A stretch of DNA of 64,000 nucleotides from the human T2T-CHM13v2.0 reference genome, Homo sapiens. Made by a program: the position numbers and the translations under genes. Of the stretch, positions 51,868 through 64,000 are shown in pieces. The stretch is taken from NCBI RefSeq assembly GCF_009914755.1, contig NC_060947.1, one strand, 5' to 3'. Each line of letters begins with the position of its first letter. Position 1 is the first letter of the stretch. The notes below the pieces were generated by a model. That model saw only the letters and a program-made list of their open reading frames with translations. It was not told the origin of the DNA and searched no databases.

Positions 51868-53121
51868 CTTCCCACTCCAAATTTAAACCTATTTGTACCT
51901 TTATATGTAAAGTGTCTTTCTTGTAGCCAGCATGTAGTTGACCCTTGCTTTTTAATTTAATCTGACAATCTCTGCCTTTTAATTGGGATGTTTAGTCTAC
52001 TTACACTTAATATAATTGTTTATATTTTTAGGTTCAGATCTATTATCTTGCCATGTTTTCTATTTGTCCCATCACTTCTTTATTTCCTTTATCTCCTTTA
52101 TTTTTTATTTTTATGATTCTATTTTATCTTACCTGTTAGCTTATTAGCTATAATTCTTTATTTTGTGCTTTTATTTGTTGCTTTATGGTTCATAGTATAC
52201 ATATTTAACTTATCAAAGTCTACCTTCAAGTGATAGTATACCACCTTGCTTATAGTCTATGAACCCTGTGATAGTATAAAATACAGCCATTTCTCCATTC
52301 CTAGCCTTTTTTTCTATTGTTTAATACATTTTATTTTTATTTCTTTTTAATTTTTGTGGGTACATTGTAGGTGTATGTACTTATGGGGTACCACCACACT
52401 CCATTGTTATTTTTGTGTAGTCAGTTATATTTTAGATATTTAAATAAGAAAAAATAATTTTATATTTTCCCAAGCAGTTATTTCAGTGCCCTTCATTCCT
52501 TTACATAGACCCATATTTATATCTAATATCATTTTCTTTCTTCTTGAACAACTTATTTTAACATATTTTATGATTCACTGATAATTTTTTCAGCTTTTAT
52601 ATATCTGAAAAAATCTTTACCTTTGTTTTTGAAAGATATTTTTGCTAGTATAGATTCTAGGTTGATAGTTGTTTTTATTTTTGTATTTTAAAGATGTTTC
52701 TCCTAGATTTTTTTGCTTATATTGTTTCTAATGAGAAGTATGTCATCCTTATCTTTGTTCTTCCATATGTAACTTTTTTTCCCCTCTGGTGGTTTTTAAT
52801 TTTTTTTCTTAATGATTTTTAGCAATTTTTTAATAATATATCTTGGTATAGTTCATGTTTTGCTTGGGGTTTGTTGAGCTTCTTGAATATGTGGGCTTAT
52901 TGTTTGCATAAAATTTAGAAAATTCTGACCATTAATTCTATAAATATTTTTTCTATCCCACCCTTTTGTGGTTCCTTTTATGGAAGGATGGTATTTAGAA
53001 ACTAGGGGCTGGGTGCTAGGTATGTTTGTTGCCACTGGAGTGTCATTGCTTCTTGGCCCTAGCAACAGCTAGGAAATATACTTGAGTGTAATAACTGTGC
53101 AAACACACGTCTATATTTATC

Positions 53122-53506
53122 TGCTATGTTTTAAAAGTTTGTCCCCTCCGAAACTCATGTTGAAATTTAATTGTCATTCAGTATTAAGAAGTGGGACCCT
53201 TAAGAGGTGATTAGGCTATGAGAGCTCTGCCCCCATAAATGGATTAATGCTGTTATTGCAAGAATGGGTTTGTTATTTCAAAAGTGGGTTTCTTACAAGA
53301 GGATGGGTGTTGCTTCCTTTTGGCTCTCTCTTGCCTTCTCTTTGCCCTTTGCCATGGGATGACACAGCAAGAAGGCCCTTGCCAGATTCCAGCACCTTAA
53401 TCTTGGATTTCCCAGCCTCCAGAAATGTGAGAAAATAAGTTTATGTTTTTTATAAATTATACAGTCTCAGGTTTTCTGCTATAGCAGCACAAAATGAACT
53501 AAAACA
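53122..53506 (+). mobile_element. MSTD/MLT1A-like MaLR solo LTR
   Basis: TGCTATG...aaactcatgttgaaattt...gcagcacaaaatgaactaaaaca; TSD ttatc/ttttc. Confidence 0.85.
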
Positions 53507-54294
53507 TTTTCTGAGTTTCTCTTTTTCTATCCATCTATTTATCTGTCCATCTATTCATTCATCTATAAAAACTATGAGTTCATACTGAAACCTCTGATTC
53601 TAATCTAATACCACATGGTTCATTATAGCCTTCTTTCTCTGATAGTGAGAAACCTGGTTTTCATTATCTACAATATATGTAAACATGTGTCTGTATTTCT
53701 TTAATCCTTGTAGACATGGAGTATTTTCAGAACTGCTAACCTGTACCCTTGTAAGAAACACATTTACTAACTAGAGTAGTTCTGGGTACTGTTTTTTTGT
53801 TTGTTTGTTTTTTGTTTTTTTGTTTTTGTTTTTGTCTTAAAATGCAGTAGCCAGTAGCCAGTCATGATGCTGTTTTATACAGTTAATAAGGTTAGTTCTT
53901 TTCTTCCCCACTCTCTTCATTATGGTTACATTATTCACTTGTGATATAATTAGGTTCTTTGTTAGTGTTTATATTCCATTTTGTCCCCTTCCCCCAAACA
54001 CACTGGGTGATTTTATTACTGACTTATATTTTCAGTACATTAAACATGACAATGCTTCTCAGAGTCAGGGCTATACAAAACAGTATACACAGAAGTGACA
54101 TTTCCTTTTTGTTCTTAGCACCCCTTCCCATCCCCTTGCTTTTTCATCCCTTTCTCTATTGCCTTAGATACCAATATCTTTAGTTTCTGGTTTATTCTTA
54201 ATGTATTTATTTTGCACAAATGAGAAGATACATGAATGTTTTCATTCTTAAATGAAGGGTAGCATACTACAGATACTTTTTTGCACTTTGCTTT

Positions 54295-54505
54295 TTAAAA
54301 ATGTTTACACATTTATAGAAATACAATAAAATTTGTTTTTATGCAAGTAAAAATTGTCTATATTCGAAGCAAACAATGTGATGATTTCATATCTGTGTCA
54401 TTGTATAATGATTGCCATGGTCAAATTAATTAACATATCCATTATCGCTCAGAGTTACCATTTTGTGCATGCATGGAGTGGGTGGCGGTGAGGACACTTA
54501 AAGTC
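54295..54505 (-). mobile_element. L1MA9/10-like 3' end nested in an older L1 (~53510-54780)
   Basis: caaattaattaacatatccatt...ggtgaggacacttaa. Confidence 0.65.
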
Positions 54506-56214
54506 TGTATTTTGCCTTTTTTACTTCTAACAGTTTATCCTACAAATCATTTCATATCAGTTTATAGAGATCTTCCTCTTCCTTTTTTTTATAGCAGCTT
54601 GGTACTCCATCATGTAACTGTATCATAGTTAACCATTCTCCTATTTATGGACATTTAGGTTGCTTCCAATATTTTGTAATTGCAAACTATTTTTAACGAA
54701 TAATCTTGTACATATGTATTTTTTTATTGGGGGTGCTTTCTTAGTGCAGATTCCTAAAAGTGGGATTCCTGGGACAAATAGTTCTTTTTGTCCCTCCATT
54801 TGCTTGAAGAATTTCTGATGTGTATCAGAAAATAACAACTTTTCTTTGCATTTCTTTTCTCCTATGGTTTTGAGCAAAGCAAAAACAAATTTGTACAGGA
54901 ATATAGATGAGGACATTTTCCAATGTGTCTATTGTTTCAAGTACACTCCTCCTAATATCTAACTTTTATCCCTTGAGCATTACATTTTTACTATCATCTC
55001 TGCTCTTTCTTTAATCATTTCTTTTCATATAACTCATTACATATGTTCTGAAATGTTCTCAATTCATAGCTTGAGCTAAGATGTGATGTCCTCATTTGAA
55101 GTATAATTATCTGCATTTTGCCTTTTTGTTGTCAGATTTAAAAATACAACAAAAACAAGGTTACATTAGTGAGAAGAAGTCAAATGAAGACAGTTATTTT
55201 TTCTCCTTAATTGCAACTGGTACCATGTGTACTGAAATAAAATTGGTATAAGGAAAATAAAACAGCTATGAACAGTCCTCAAGTAGCATGGAAAATCAGA
55301 CTTGCTCAAGTGGTGAAGAACCCTATGTTTGGTTTCAAATGGAACTTTGAATTGTTAAATTTAAATTATTAAACACAAACTATCAAGTTGGAATCAGTGG
55401 CCTGAAAGAATCAGTCTTGAGTGTCCCAGAGGCCTTTCTTACTTTCTGCCTTCTACAATTGTCTGCCCCTCTGCAGTAGTAGTGAACACAGTCTTCTTTT
55501 TATCTGGTTTGTGGTTATTTTTGTAGCTCTACAAATCTTTGTGGGAGACTAACGTTCCTCTGAATTATATCTTAAAAATCAAATTTCCACTGGGGCATTT
55601 GCATCAAACTGCTCTTCTTGCTGGCTCTTTAGTGCCAGATTTCCTTCCAAAATGACAGGTTGTGTGATCTGTGCTTCTACTGCCCTTTATTTCACAAAGT
55701 AGTCTTTGATGTATTCTGTGTATCTGGGGGTAAGAGCATAGAGGCAATGAGAAGCAAATGCCTTTATCTGCAGATAACAGCTTCCCTTATCTGCATGTTA
55801 AAATGGACAAGTGGTACTTTGCCCACTTGTGTGTCAGTTGCCTGCAAGTGAAGCATTCTGTATCTTTCAGATGACTGTTTCTTTACTTCCTTAATGCTGC
55901 TAATGGTCAGTTGAGAGAAGAGAAAAATACTCCCAAACCTGAGATTCTATTTGGAAAGCAGTATTGAGATCCTAATTACTTTGTTTTATTTTCCATACAA
56001 CACTAATAGACTTAGGCAGTAAAATCAATGGCATTGTCACTTCTAGACTGCTTTATATGTGGAACTGTTGATATTCTGAAAGTTTACTTACTTTTTAGTA
56101 TCTAATATATAACCTTAAACTGAAGTGCTTTTTAAAATCTAAGTAATTATCATCTATTGGACGTAGGTCTATATTGAGGCTGATAAATTTCTTGGGGGAG
56201 CTTGTGATCTACAC

Positions 56215-56370
56215 CCTTGCTACCCGAAGTCTGTGCAACATCAGCATCATCTGGGTGCTAGTTAGAAATGCAGAATCCTCAGGTCTCACCTCAGACCTTC
56301 TGAACCAGAAGTTACATTATTCACAAGTTCCCAGGGGATTCACGGGCACACTAAAGTTTGAGAAGCACTA
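56215..56370. mobile_element. MER5A
   Basis: catcagcatcatctggg...gttagaaatgcagaat...aagtttgagaagcact. Confidence 0.85.
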
Positions 56371-56707
56371 CCACAGAAGATGGGACATTTGTTTAGGTGT
56401 TTAGGAATCAGGCCATCTAGAATTCATTCCTGGTCCTTTTCATTCTTTTTTTCTGAAATAAGAACTTGCTGCTCAATTTTTCAAAGCTTTGGTCTTCTTA
56501 TATTTAAAACCTGATTTAAAACTGAGCTTTTTCCAGGCTCATGGAAGATGAGCAAAGGGGTCATCTTGATATGAAGTCTGAGAGACACTTTTGAACTCAT
56601 TCTGGAAAAGAACATAACTAAAAGTTTGGCATTGTTACTGACTTTCTCTGTCCACCTACGAAAGTGCTTTTTGAGGCCTCAAGGTAGGACATGATCTCTT
56701 GGAAATA

Positions 56708-57367
56708 TAGTCAATTCTCATAATTTGTGGATTCTATATTTGCAAATTTGCTGACTTGCTAGAATCTATTACTATTTGTAACCCCCAAATCGGTACTTCT
56801 GGTGCTTTTGCTGTCACTCACAGACATGCACAGAGAAGTGAAAAAATTTGAGTCACCTGACATGCACATTCCCTGTTAAAGTCAAACAAGGCAATGCTCT
56901 ACTTTCTTATTTCAGCTCTCATACTATAAACAAGTATTTTTTTTTGTAATCTATTTAGTGCTGTGTTTTTCCTGATTTTTGTGCTTTATGTTGTTGATTT
57001 TGGTGTTTAAGGTGGTCTTTAACTATAGTGCTGAAGGGCTGTTCAGTGTTCCTAAGCACAAGAAGCCTGCGATGTGCCTTACAGAGAAAATTTGTGTATT
57101 AGATGAGCTTCCTTTGGGTATGAGTTAGAGCAGTGTTGGCTGCGAGTTAATGATAATGAACCAAAAATATATGTTAAGTACAGTGTCTTTAAACAAACAC
57201 ATATAAAACAAGGTTATGTATTGATTAGGTAACAAAAATGTTGTGACCAGAGGCTTGTAGGAACTTACTCCTGTATTTCCCCTAGGAGCAATGGTTCAGT
57301 ATTTGTTAATTCAGTCTTTGTGGTGACTTCATAAAACATAAGTGCTGTGAATATTGAGAATGAACTA
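56708..57367 (-). mobile_element. MER82 (TcMar-Tigger) non-autonomous DNA transposon, full length
   Basis: Terminal inverted repeats tagtcaattctcataatt / aatattgagaatgaacta, TA target duplications, internal tttcccctaggagcaatggttcagtatt. Confidence 0.87.
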
Positions 57368-57689
57368 TATGTTTAAAACACAATTAGACTAAGATTTCAA
57401 CTGGGTGTCACATTTTCTCTTCTGTGGGTGATAACAAGATTAGCTTGTTATAAGAAATTTTGGGGTTGTATTCTGTGAGTATAATTTCAAATAATAATAA
57501 CTGGTAATTTATGAAAACATACTTCAGTATTTGGAAGGTTTCTTGGGATGGAAGCGATATTCCAGAGAGGCTTTTCTCTTCCTATGGGCAACTTTTTATT
57601 CTTTTAGGCATGGCACTTGAAACAATTGTACTGCAGTTACTTTTAGACCACCAATGTGTATGTTAAGCTCATTTTTTGTTGAGTCTGTG

Positions 57690-58290
57690 TCTTCTTTTTG
57701 GTCAACTTTGCTGCATAAATATCACAGAAATCTGTGTCCTCCTCTCCTGTATCCATGATCCATGCAGCTGCTTCAGTCCAGGTCCACATCACGTATTGCT
57801 TGGATCATAGACTAGTATTCTAACTGTTCTTACCCATAGCCCACTCTCTAGTGCCACCCATTTTGTAGTATAGTAAATCTGATCCTATCCCTCCTCTCTG
57901 TGAAATCTCTATGTGGCTCCCTGGGATAAAGTTGCTTTGGGACAAAGTTCAAGATGCTCTAAGTTTTAACTCTTGATTTTCTTACCACCGTGCTTGGAGA
58001 CCTCTGATCACTTGATAACTCTCCCACCTCTGTGCCTTTGCATAATGTCCCTCTGTTTAGTATACCCTTTTTTTCTTCTTCTTCTACCAGGAAGTTGATT
58101 CCTGGGCTAAGACTCTGCAATTACCTCTTGTATTATTGTAGATTTTTAAAATTATTATTTCCCCCCTCCATTAGGCAGTGAGAACTTTGAGGAAAAGGAA
58201 TGGTTTTGTTCAGCTTGGTGTCACTAATGCCTTATATCTTTTATAGGAGTTTCTGGCCATGAGATCACTGGAAATGTTGAATAAATTAGA
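57690..58290 (+). mobile_element. L2 remnant
   Basis: aaatctgatc...ctgtgcctttgcat...aaatgttgaataaat. Confidence 0.6.
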
Positions 58291-61200
58291 ATTTGGGGGT
58301 GAGTCTAATTTGACTACTGTTATAACAAACTGACTTTGGATTGGCAGCCCTAATCTGCACCAGTTCTAATATCACTAATCTTTAAGAAAACCCAGTATAG
58401 AACCCATAATGAGCATTCAATTTTGGAAAATATGAAAAAAGGAAAGTGAAGAAATTAGTTATAAAGTACAATAAACACAGTAGCAACTTGTTATATATGG
58501 TCAATTGTTTTAAAACAAGTGATGCTTCATATAACATTTGTCTGCTTAAGAAGTAACAAAGGTAAAATAAATTAATGCAATGAAGTATTCATACTCTAAA
58601 TTTTACTTTCTGCTTTCCCTGATTCATACAATGAGTAGTATACAGCAGTAGAAATGAATGAATTATTGCAATACACAACACTGCGGATGAATCTTATTAA
58701 GTTAAAGTAAGTCACCCAGGATTGCATGACAGGAATATATCAAAGATCAACACAACACATGGTTCTTAATAGTGGCTATCCTGGGATGAGGGAGGCAGGG
58801 GAAGGAAATGGAGATCACTACATAGGGAGATGTAAGTTATTATCCATGTTCTAGTCTCTTTTGGGTAGTGGGTTCATGTGTGTATGTGCATATTAATATA
58901 ATAAACACAAGAATGCCATGATGAGTCCTCATGAATCAAGGATTTTGATTAATAGGATTTATCTAATTCTCTTCACCCAAGTTCCACACTTATTTAAAAA
59001 AAAATCTTATTTGGAAATTTTAGGGGAGCCTCCACCCCTTTATCCTCTCTTGAATGTGAATTAAGCACATATGTAAGAATTGTACATATTTTGTATGGGA
59101 AAGAAGGGGAACAAAATGACCAAATATAAAATGTAATATTAATGGTGAATTCAAAGACAATAGGCATTATGAAAATGAGAAAATAATGGGAAAATCACAC
59201 AAATAGCCAGCCTTTTTTGAGTCAATCAAGTACTGGGGATGTGGAGATGAATTGCAATCAGGTTTAATGGAGTCCCCCATTTTGCAGTGCTTGTATTAGC
59301 TTGCCCTACATTTTCTTGGCAGCAGGAAGCAAGCAAAGGGCATTATTCAAAGAAAAGCAACTGTGCGAGACTTGTGAGAAAAATATGCATCCTGTTTCTT
59401 CCATGTTGCATATCATAGAAAGAAAGCTTTGCCTTCCAATTTTGTGAGAAATACCCTTCATTTGAAAATGATTTTGTTTTACATTTCTCCCAATAGCACT
59501 CCCATGCTCAATTTCTTGTCAATCCTCTCTTTTCTGCTAGAATCCTTGAAATCTCTTTCTAGTAGCAGTTGGTGCAAGACAATGTGCATTTATTTTGGTG
59601 GCAGCATTTTCTAGTTTTCCTGCCAGAATGTCTGCCTTCACAATGAACTAGTTTTAAGGCACTTTAGATTTCAGCTGATTCCCAGTATCAGATGTGAACA
59701 GACAAAATTCTATCTGAGAAGAAAATCTCTTTTTAGGCAGAAACTTTAGTTACCCTCTTGGCAGAGTCCAGAGAGAGGAATCAAGGGTTGCTTGGATTCT
59801 CAAGTCATTTTAAAAACCATATCATGAGTATCTTCCTGTCTCCTTGGTGATATGTGACCGTTTTCCTCCTGGAAGAGCTGTTCCATATATTTTTAGTAAC
59901 AGCAGGAGAGGATAGATATTTGGGTGAGCTGTGTACCCAGCTGGAAAGCCTAAACATACAAAGGGTCTTAAGTTTCCCTTGATCTTGTTTTTCTCCCCAA
60001 CCCCCTACATTCTTTTTTTGTAAAGCACAGAAATGGAAGGCCCACTTGTGAAAAGCATCTCACTTCGGGCTTACTGACTGCCATTCACTTCTTTGGCCCT
60101 TTGTTCTGTTTCTTCTATCAGCAAGGGAAGCACGTAAGCTCTGCCAGCTGTTTGTCACTTCCAGAGATATGCTGTTTCTGTCTCATCTGTCCAGCCCAGC
60201 TAAGAGTGGAATCTTACAATTTGACAACCTATAAATAGGAGGGATGAGAGGGTATAATTTAGCAATGTTTTTTGTTTTCCAAGCCTCATTTCTCTTGCCT
60301 ACATAGCTAGCAAGTGTCATAGACTTATTGCTTGATTGAATTTGGGCAGTTTCTAACAAAAAGTGATGTTCTTTTCTTCCAATAAGCAGGAAGGCTGCTT
60401 TATATTCTTTCTAATAGCAATGGGCATTACATTAGCACCTCTCTTTCAAAATCACATACCCAGGGCTTTGAATGAACTGTGGCTTTAGAACAAGATTTTT
60501 TGAGAAGGTGGGAGTGGTGTTTTCATGAAATAGGCTAATTTGTCTGTTTAAGCCAAACTGTGACCTCATGAACACCATCATCCAAGGAATCAGCCAGCAT
60601 TATGTACACATTAGATTGAATTCTATAAATTTCCCTTCATATAGGGAAGTCCCTTGAGTAGACGTTGGTCTGCCCTTCCCAAGTCTCTTTTGCAGAAGGT
60701 ATCCCTTCATGAATACCTCAGCACAGGGATCAATACTACAAGGTAGAGTATAGAAGACCATGATATTCTGAAACAGGCGTGGAAACTGGATGTGAAAATA
60801 TGCAGTTGTTAATTAGTAAGCAGGGATACTTCGCTTTCTGGAAGTACATATCATGTAGGGTATATCATACAGATAGGATGATATTATTTTGAGACTTAGA
60901 TAATCACATAAAACTGCTCAAACAAGAGTCAAGGGAGTAATTTCTAAGAACACAATGGTAGAGACTGTGGTCCCTGCCATGGGGTAAGTATAGTTGTGGG
61001 AGAAGACCCAGAATAGATACTCTACAGATGGATCTTAAAGGCTGTTTTACTAAAAGAATTTCCATTTAAAACCTTGTAAAATTTACATGAAATAAATATA
61101 AATGCAATCAGTAATTATGGAAATTGGCATAAACCATCTACCATTTAATTTATCCCCATTGACACAAATATTTATCCTCCATGTTTTTCCTCTAACCCAG

Positions 61201-61299
61201 CATAAAAATGTTTTATGTTTTTGTGTGTGTTTTGAAAGATATACTGGCCACATAGCACTTCATTGAACTGAATTATAAGATACATCTACTGGTAAGGGA

Positions 61300-61722
61300 A
61301 TGATTAGCTATTGTTGTATAAAAATCCATCCCCAAACTTCGCAGCTGAAGACAATAATTTATTTGTTCACAATTAGGCAAGTTGGTAGTATGGGCTTGAC
61401 TCAGCTGGGATGGCCCATCTCTGTTCCACATGGTGTCATCTAGCCCTCCTCATGCATTTGGACCTTAGCTGGGGTGGCACACTACATTCTCTCCCATCTT
61501 CCAGGAGGCCAGCCTAAGCTTTTCACATCATAGCAGATGAGTTCTCAGGAATAATGAACAAGCAGTCTTGATGCTTCTGTCTACATAACATTGGCCCATG
61601 TCTCACTGACCAAAGCAAGTCACATCACCAAGCCCAGTGTCATTGTGGGAGGGAAGACTACACAAGGGCTTAGATATGGGGAAGTGTGACTTACTGGGGT
61701 TGTTAATGTAGTCATCTCCCAC
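61300..61722 (-). mobile_element. Old MLT1 (J/K-like) LTR
   Basis: tagctattgttgtataaaaatccatccccaaact...ccaaagcaagtcacat...aagccca. Confidence 0.7.
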
Positions 61723-62594
61723 AGTGGACCTTTTAGTTGCTAAATGCTTTTAATATAATGAAAGCAACTCTACTAGTTGCTGTGATGAGGTATGAGAGCT
61801 GAGCATGAAGGAAAACCAAGTTTCTGCAGTAGTATGATGTATGTGCTTTCTGAATGAGAAATCATAGGGCAGTATGACAAAGGGATTGTTATGATAAGTG
61901 TTTTAAGTATAATACCTAATCACTTTTTTTATTCCTGGAAAAAGAATGCATCAAAGGCAATGAATAAATATAAATAGACTAGTCTCCATAAAAATGAACT
62001 CTCATATGGCAAACAGCATGAATAAACAAGGAAAACACAAGCTGGGAAAATTATTGATAATAGACAAAGGCATAGTATTCCTAACAATTAACAAGAAAGA
62101 CAAATATGCCAATAGAAAAATCAACAAAGGTCATGAATGGGATATTTACAAAGAAGAAATATAAATATGCACATGGCTGCCAATAAACATCCAAGAAAAC
62201 ATTCAATTTAACCAGTAGTCAAAGAAAGGCAAACAAAAGTTTCTGACAAATCTCAATTCTTGATATATTTTCTTTGCACTTACATAATATAAAAGCAGGG
62301 TAAGAGAATGGAGAGGTGGGCGGGAGGAGTTGCAATTTTAGAGAAAACGGGCAGGGAAGGTCTCTCAAAGGTGGTAACATTGAAGCAAGGCTTCAATGCA
62401 GTGAGAGCACAGGCCATGTGCTCCAGAAGTGTTCCAGGCTGAGGGAAGAGTAATGACAAGGTCCTTAGGTGGGACTAAGCAGTGAGAAAGCCAGCTAGTG
62501 TGTGACTGCAACCCCTTGAGCTGAGTATTCGGGAATAAGTGGATATTCTGTACTACCGAACTATTCAGACAGACACATTCTGTGTGATAAGCAA

Positions 62595-63420
62595 AAAAGT
62601 GGATGTTACAACCCACAAAATGGGAAAAACTTTTGCAAATCATATATCTGAAAAGGGGCTTGTATCAACAATATATGAAGAATTCTTACAAGTCAATATT
62701 TAAAAGGCAAATAATTAAAAAATGGGCAAAGAATCTAAATAGACATTTCTCTAAAGCAAGTATACAAAAGGTCAATAAACACATGAAAAACGCATGATAT
62801 TAACCATTAGGAAAATGCAAATCAAAACTACAATGAAATACCACTTAATGCTCACTAGAATGTCTATAATAAAAAAGAAGTGTTGGCAAGGATGTAGAAA
62901 AGTTGGAACCCTAATACATCGCTGGTGGGAATGTAAAATGCTGCAGACACTTTGGGAAACAGTCTGACATTTCCTTAAGTGGTTAAACATAGAGTTACCA
63001 TGTGATCCAGTAATTTCACTCCTAAGTATATACCCAATAGAGTTGAAAACATATTTCCTTACAAACACTTGTGTATAAATGGGCATTTAGGCACATTATT
63101 CATAATAGCTCAGAAGTGGAAACAACCCAAATGTCCATCAACTGATAAATGGATAAATAAAATGTGATATATCCATACAATGGAATATTATTTGGAAATT
63201 AAAAGGGATGAAGTACTGATTCATGCTATATCATGGATGAGCCAGTCACAAAAGATCACATATTATATGATTCCATTTGTATAAAATGATCCAGAATAAG
63301 CAAATCTGTAGAGCCAGAAAGTAAATTAGTATTTGCCTAGGACTGGAGGATATGGAGTGATTTGGGAGCAACAGTTAAGGTATGTAGGGTTTCTTTAATG
63401 TTACATAAAAATAGTGTCTT
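62595..63420 (+). mobile_element. L1MB-type ORF2 end / 3' UTR
   Basis: ORF 62603-62797 (QPTKWEK...IKKWAKNLNRHFSK) is an ORF2 remnant. Confidence 0.87.
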
Positions 63421-63429
63421 ATGAATTTA

Positions 63430-64000
63430 ATATTTTATTTATTTTTTTGTTGTTTTTCTTTTGTATTTTTATTTATTTATTTATTTATTTTTTATTTTAT
63501 TATTATTATACTTTAAGTTTTAGGGTACATGTGCACAATTTGCGGGTTAGTTACATATGTATACCTGTGCCATGCTGGTGTGCTGCACCCATTAACTCGT
63601 CATTTAGCATTAGGTATATCTCCTAATGCTATCCCTCCCCCCTCCCCCCACCCCACAACAGTCCCCAGAGTGTGATGTTCCCCTTCCTGTGTCCATGTGT
63701 TCTCATTGTTCAATTCCCACCTATGAGTGAGAATATGCGGTGTTTGGTTTTTTGTTCTTGCGATAGTTTACTAAGAATGATGATTTCCAATTTCATCCAT
63801 GTCCCTACAAAGGACATGAACTCATCATTTTTTATGGCTGCATAGTATTCCATGGTGTATATGTGCCACATTTTCTTAATCCAGTCTATCATTGTTGGAC
63901 ATTTGGGTTGGTTCCAAGTCTTTGCTATTGTGAATAGTGCTGCAATAAACATACGTGTGCATGTGTCTTTATAGCAGCATGATATATAGTCCTTTGGGTA
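63430..64000 (-). mobile_element. Young L1PA2/3-like 3' end, antisense to TSPAN7, runs off the window
   Basis: Near-consensus ORF2 C-terminus (TMIDWIKKMWHIYTMEYYAAIKNDEFMSFVGTWMKLE...IGGN), 3' UTR and long A-rich tail. Confidence 0.95.

Larger units (their letters stand above)
49650..53100 (-). mobile_element. Old L1M body (ORF2 N-terminal/ORF1 region) with nested insertions
   Basis: caccagtgaagccatctgggcctgga, gctataaatttttccctaagtactg, ttgagcttcttgaat. Confidence 0.75.

Noticed and set aside
57431-57451. 8-bp perfect hairpin ATAACAAG-attag-CTTGTTAT
   Set aside because: Short AT-rich stem expected by chance; no ncRNA features.

Overview
Primate (human-like) genomic DNA, not prokaryotic. 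The only host coding sequence I can support is the first coding exon of TSPAN7 (tetraspanin-7/TM4SF2, Xp11.4; MASRRMETKPVITCLKTLLIIYSFVFW, 21167-21247, + strand). It sits in a CpG-island promoter, with ~21 kb of upstream DNA and ~43 kb of its very long intron 1; no exon 2 was found in the window. The rest is mostly interspersed repeats: Alus, L1s of many ages, L2/MIR, MaLR/ERV LTRs and MER DNA transposons. Nearly all ORFs in the track are Alu/L1/LTR or GC-rich artefacts. I found no convincing new multi-gene system. The most unusual items are a polyadenylated, U5-less HERV-H/LTR7 retrocopy ~10 kb upstream, a 49-bp poly(A)-tailed micro-insertion with a 15-bp TSD, a ~95%-identical templated local duplication inside an old L1, candidate poison exons/recursive splice sites in intron 1, and perfect CRE and NFI palindromes. 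Repeat subfamily names come from remembered consensus sequences, and many boundaries are approximate.
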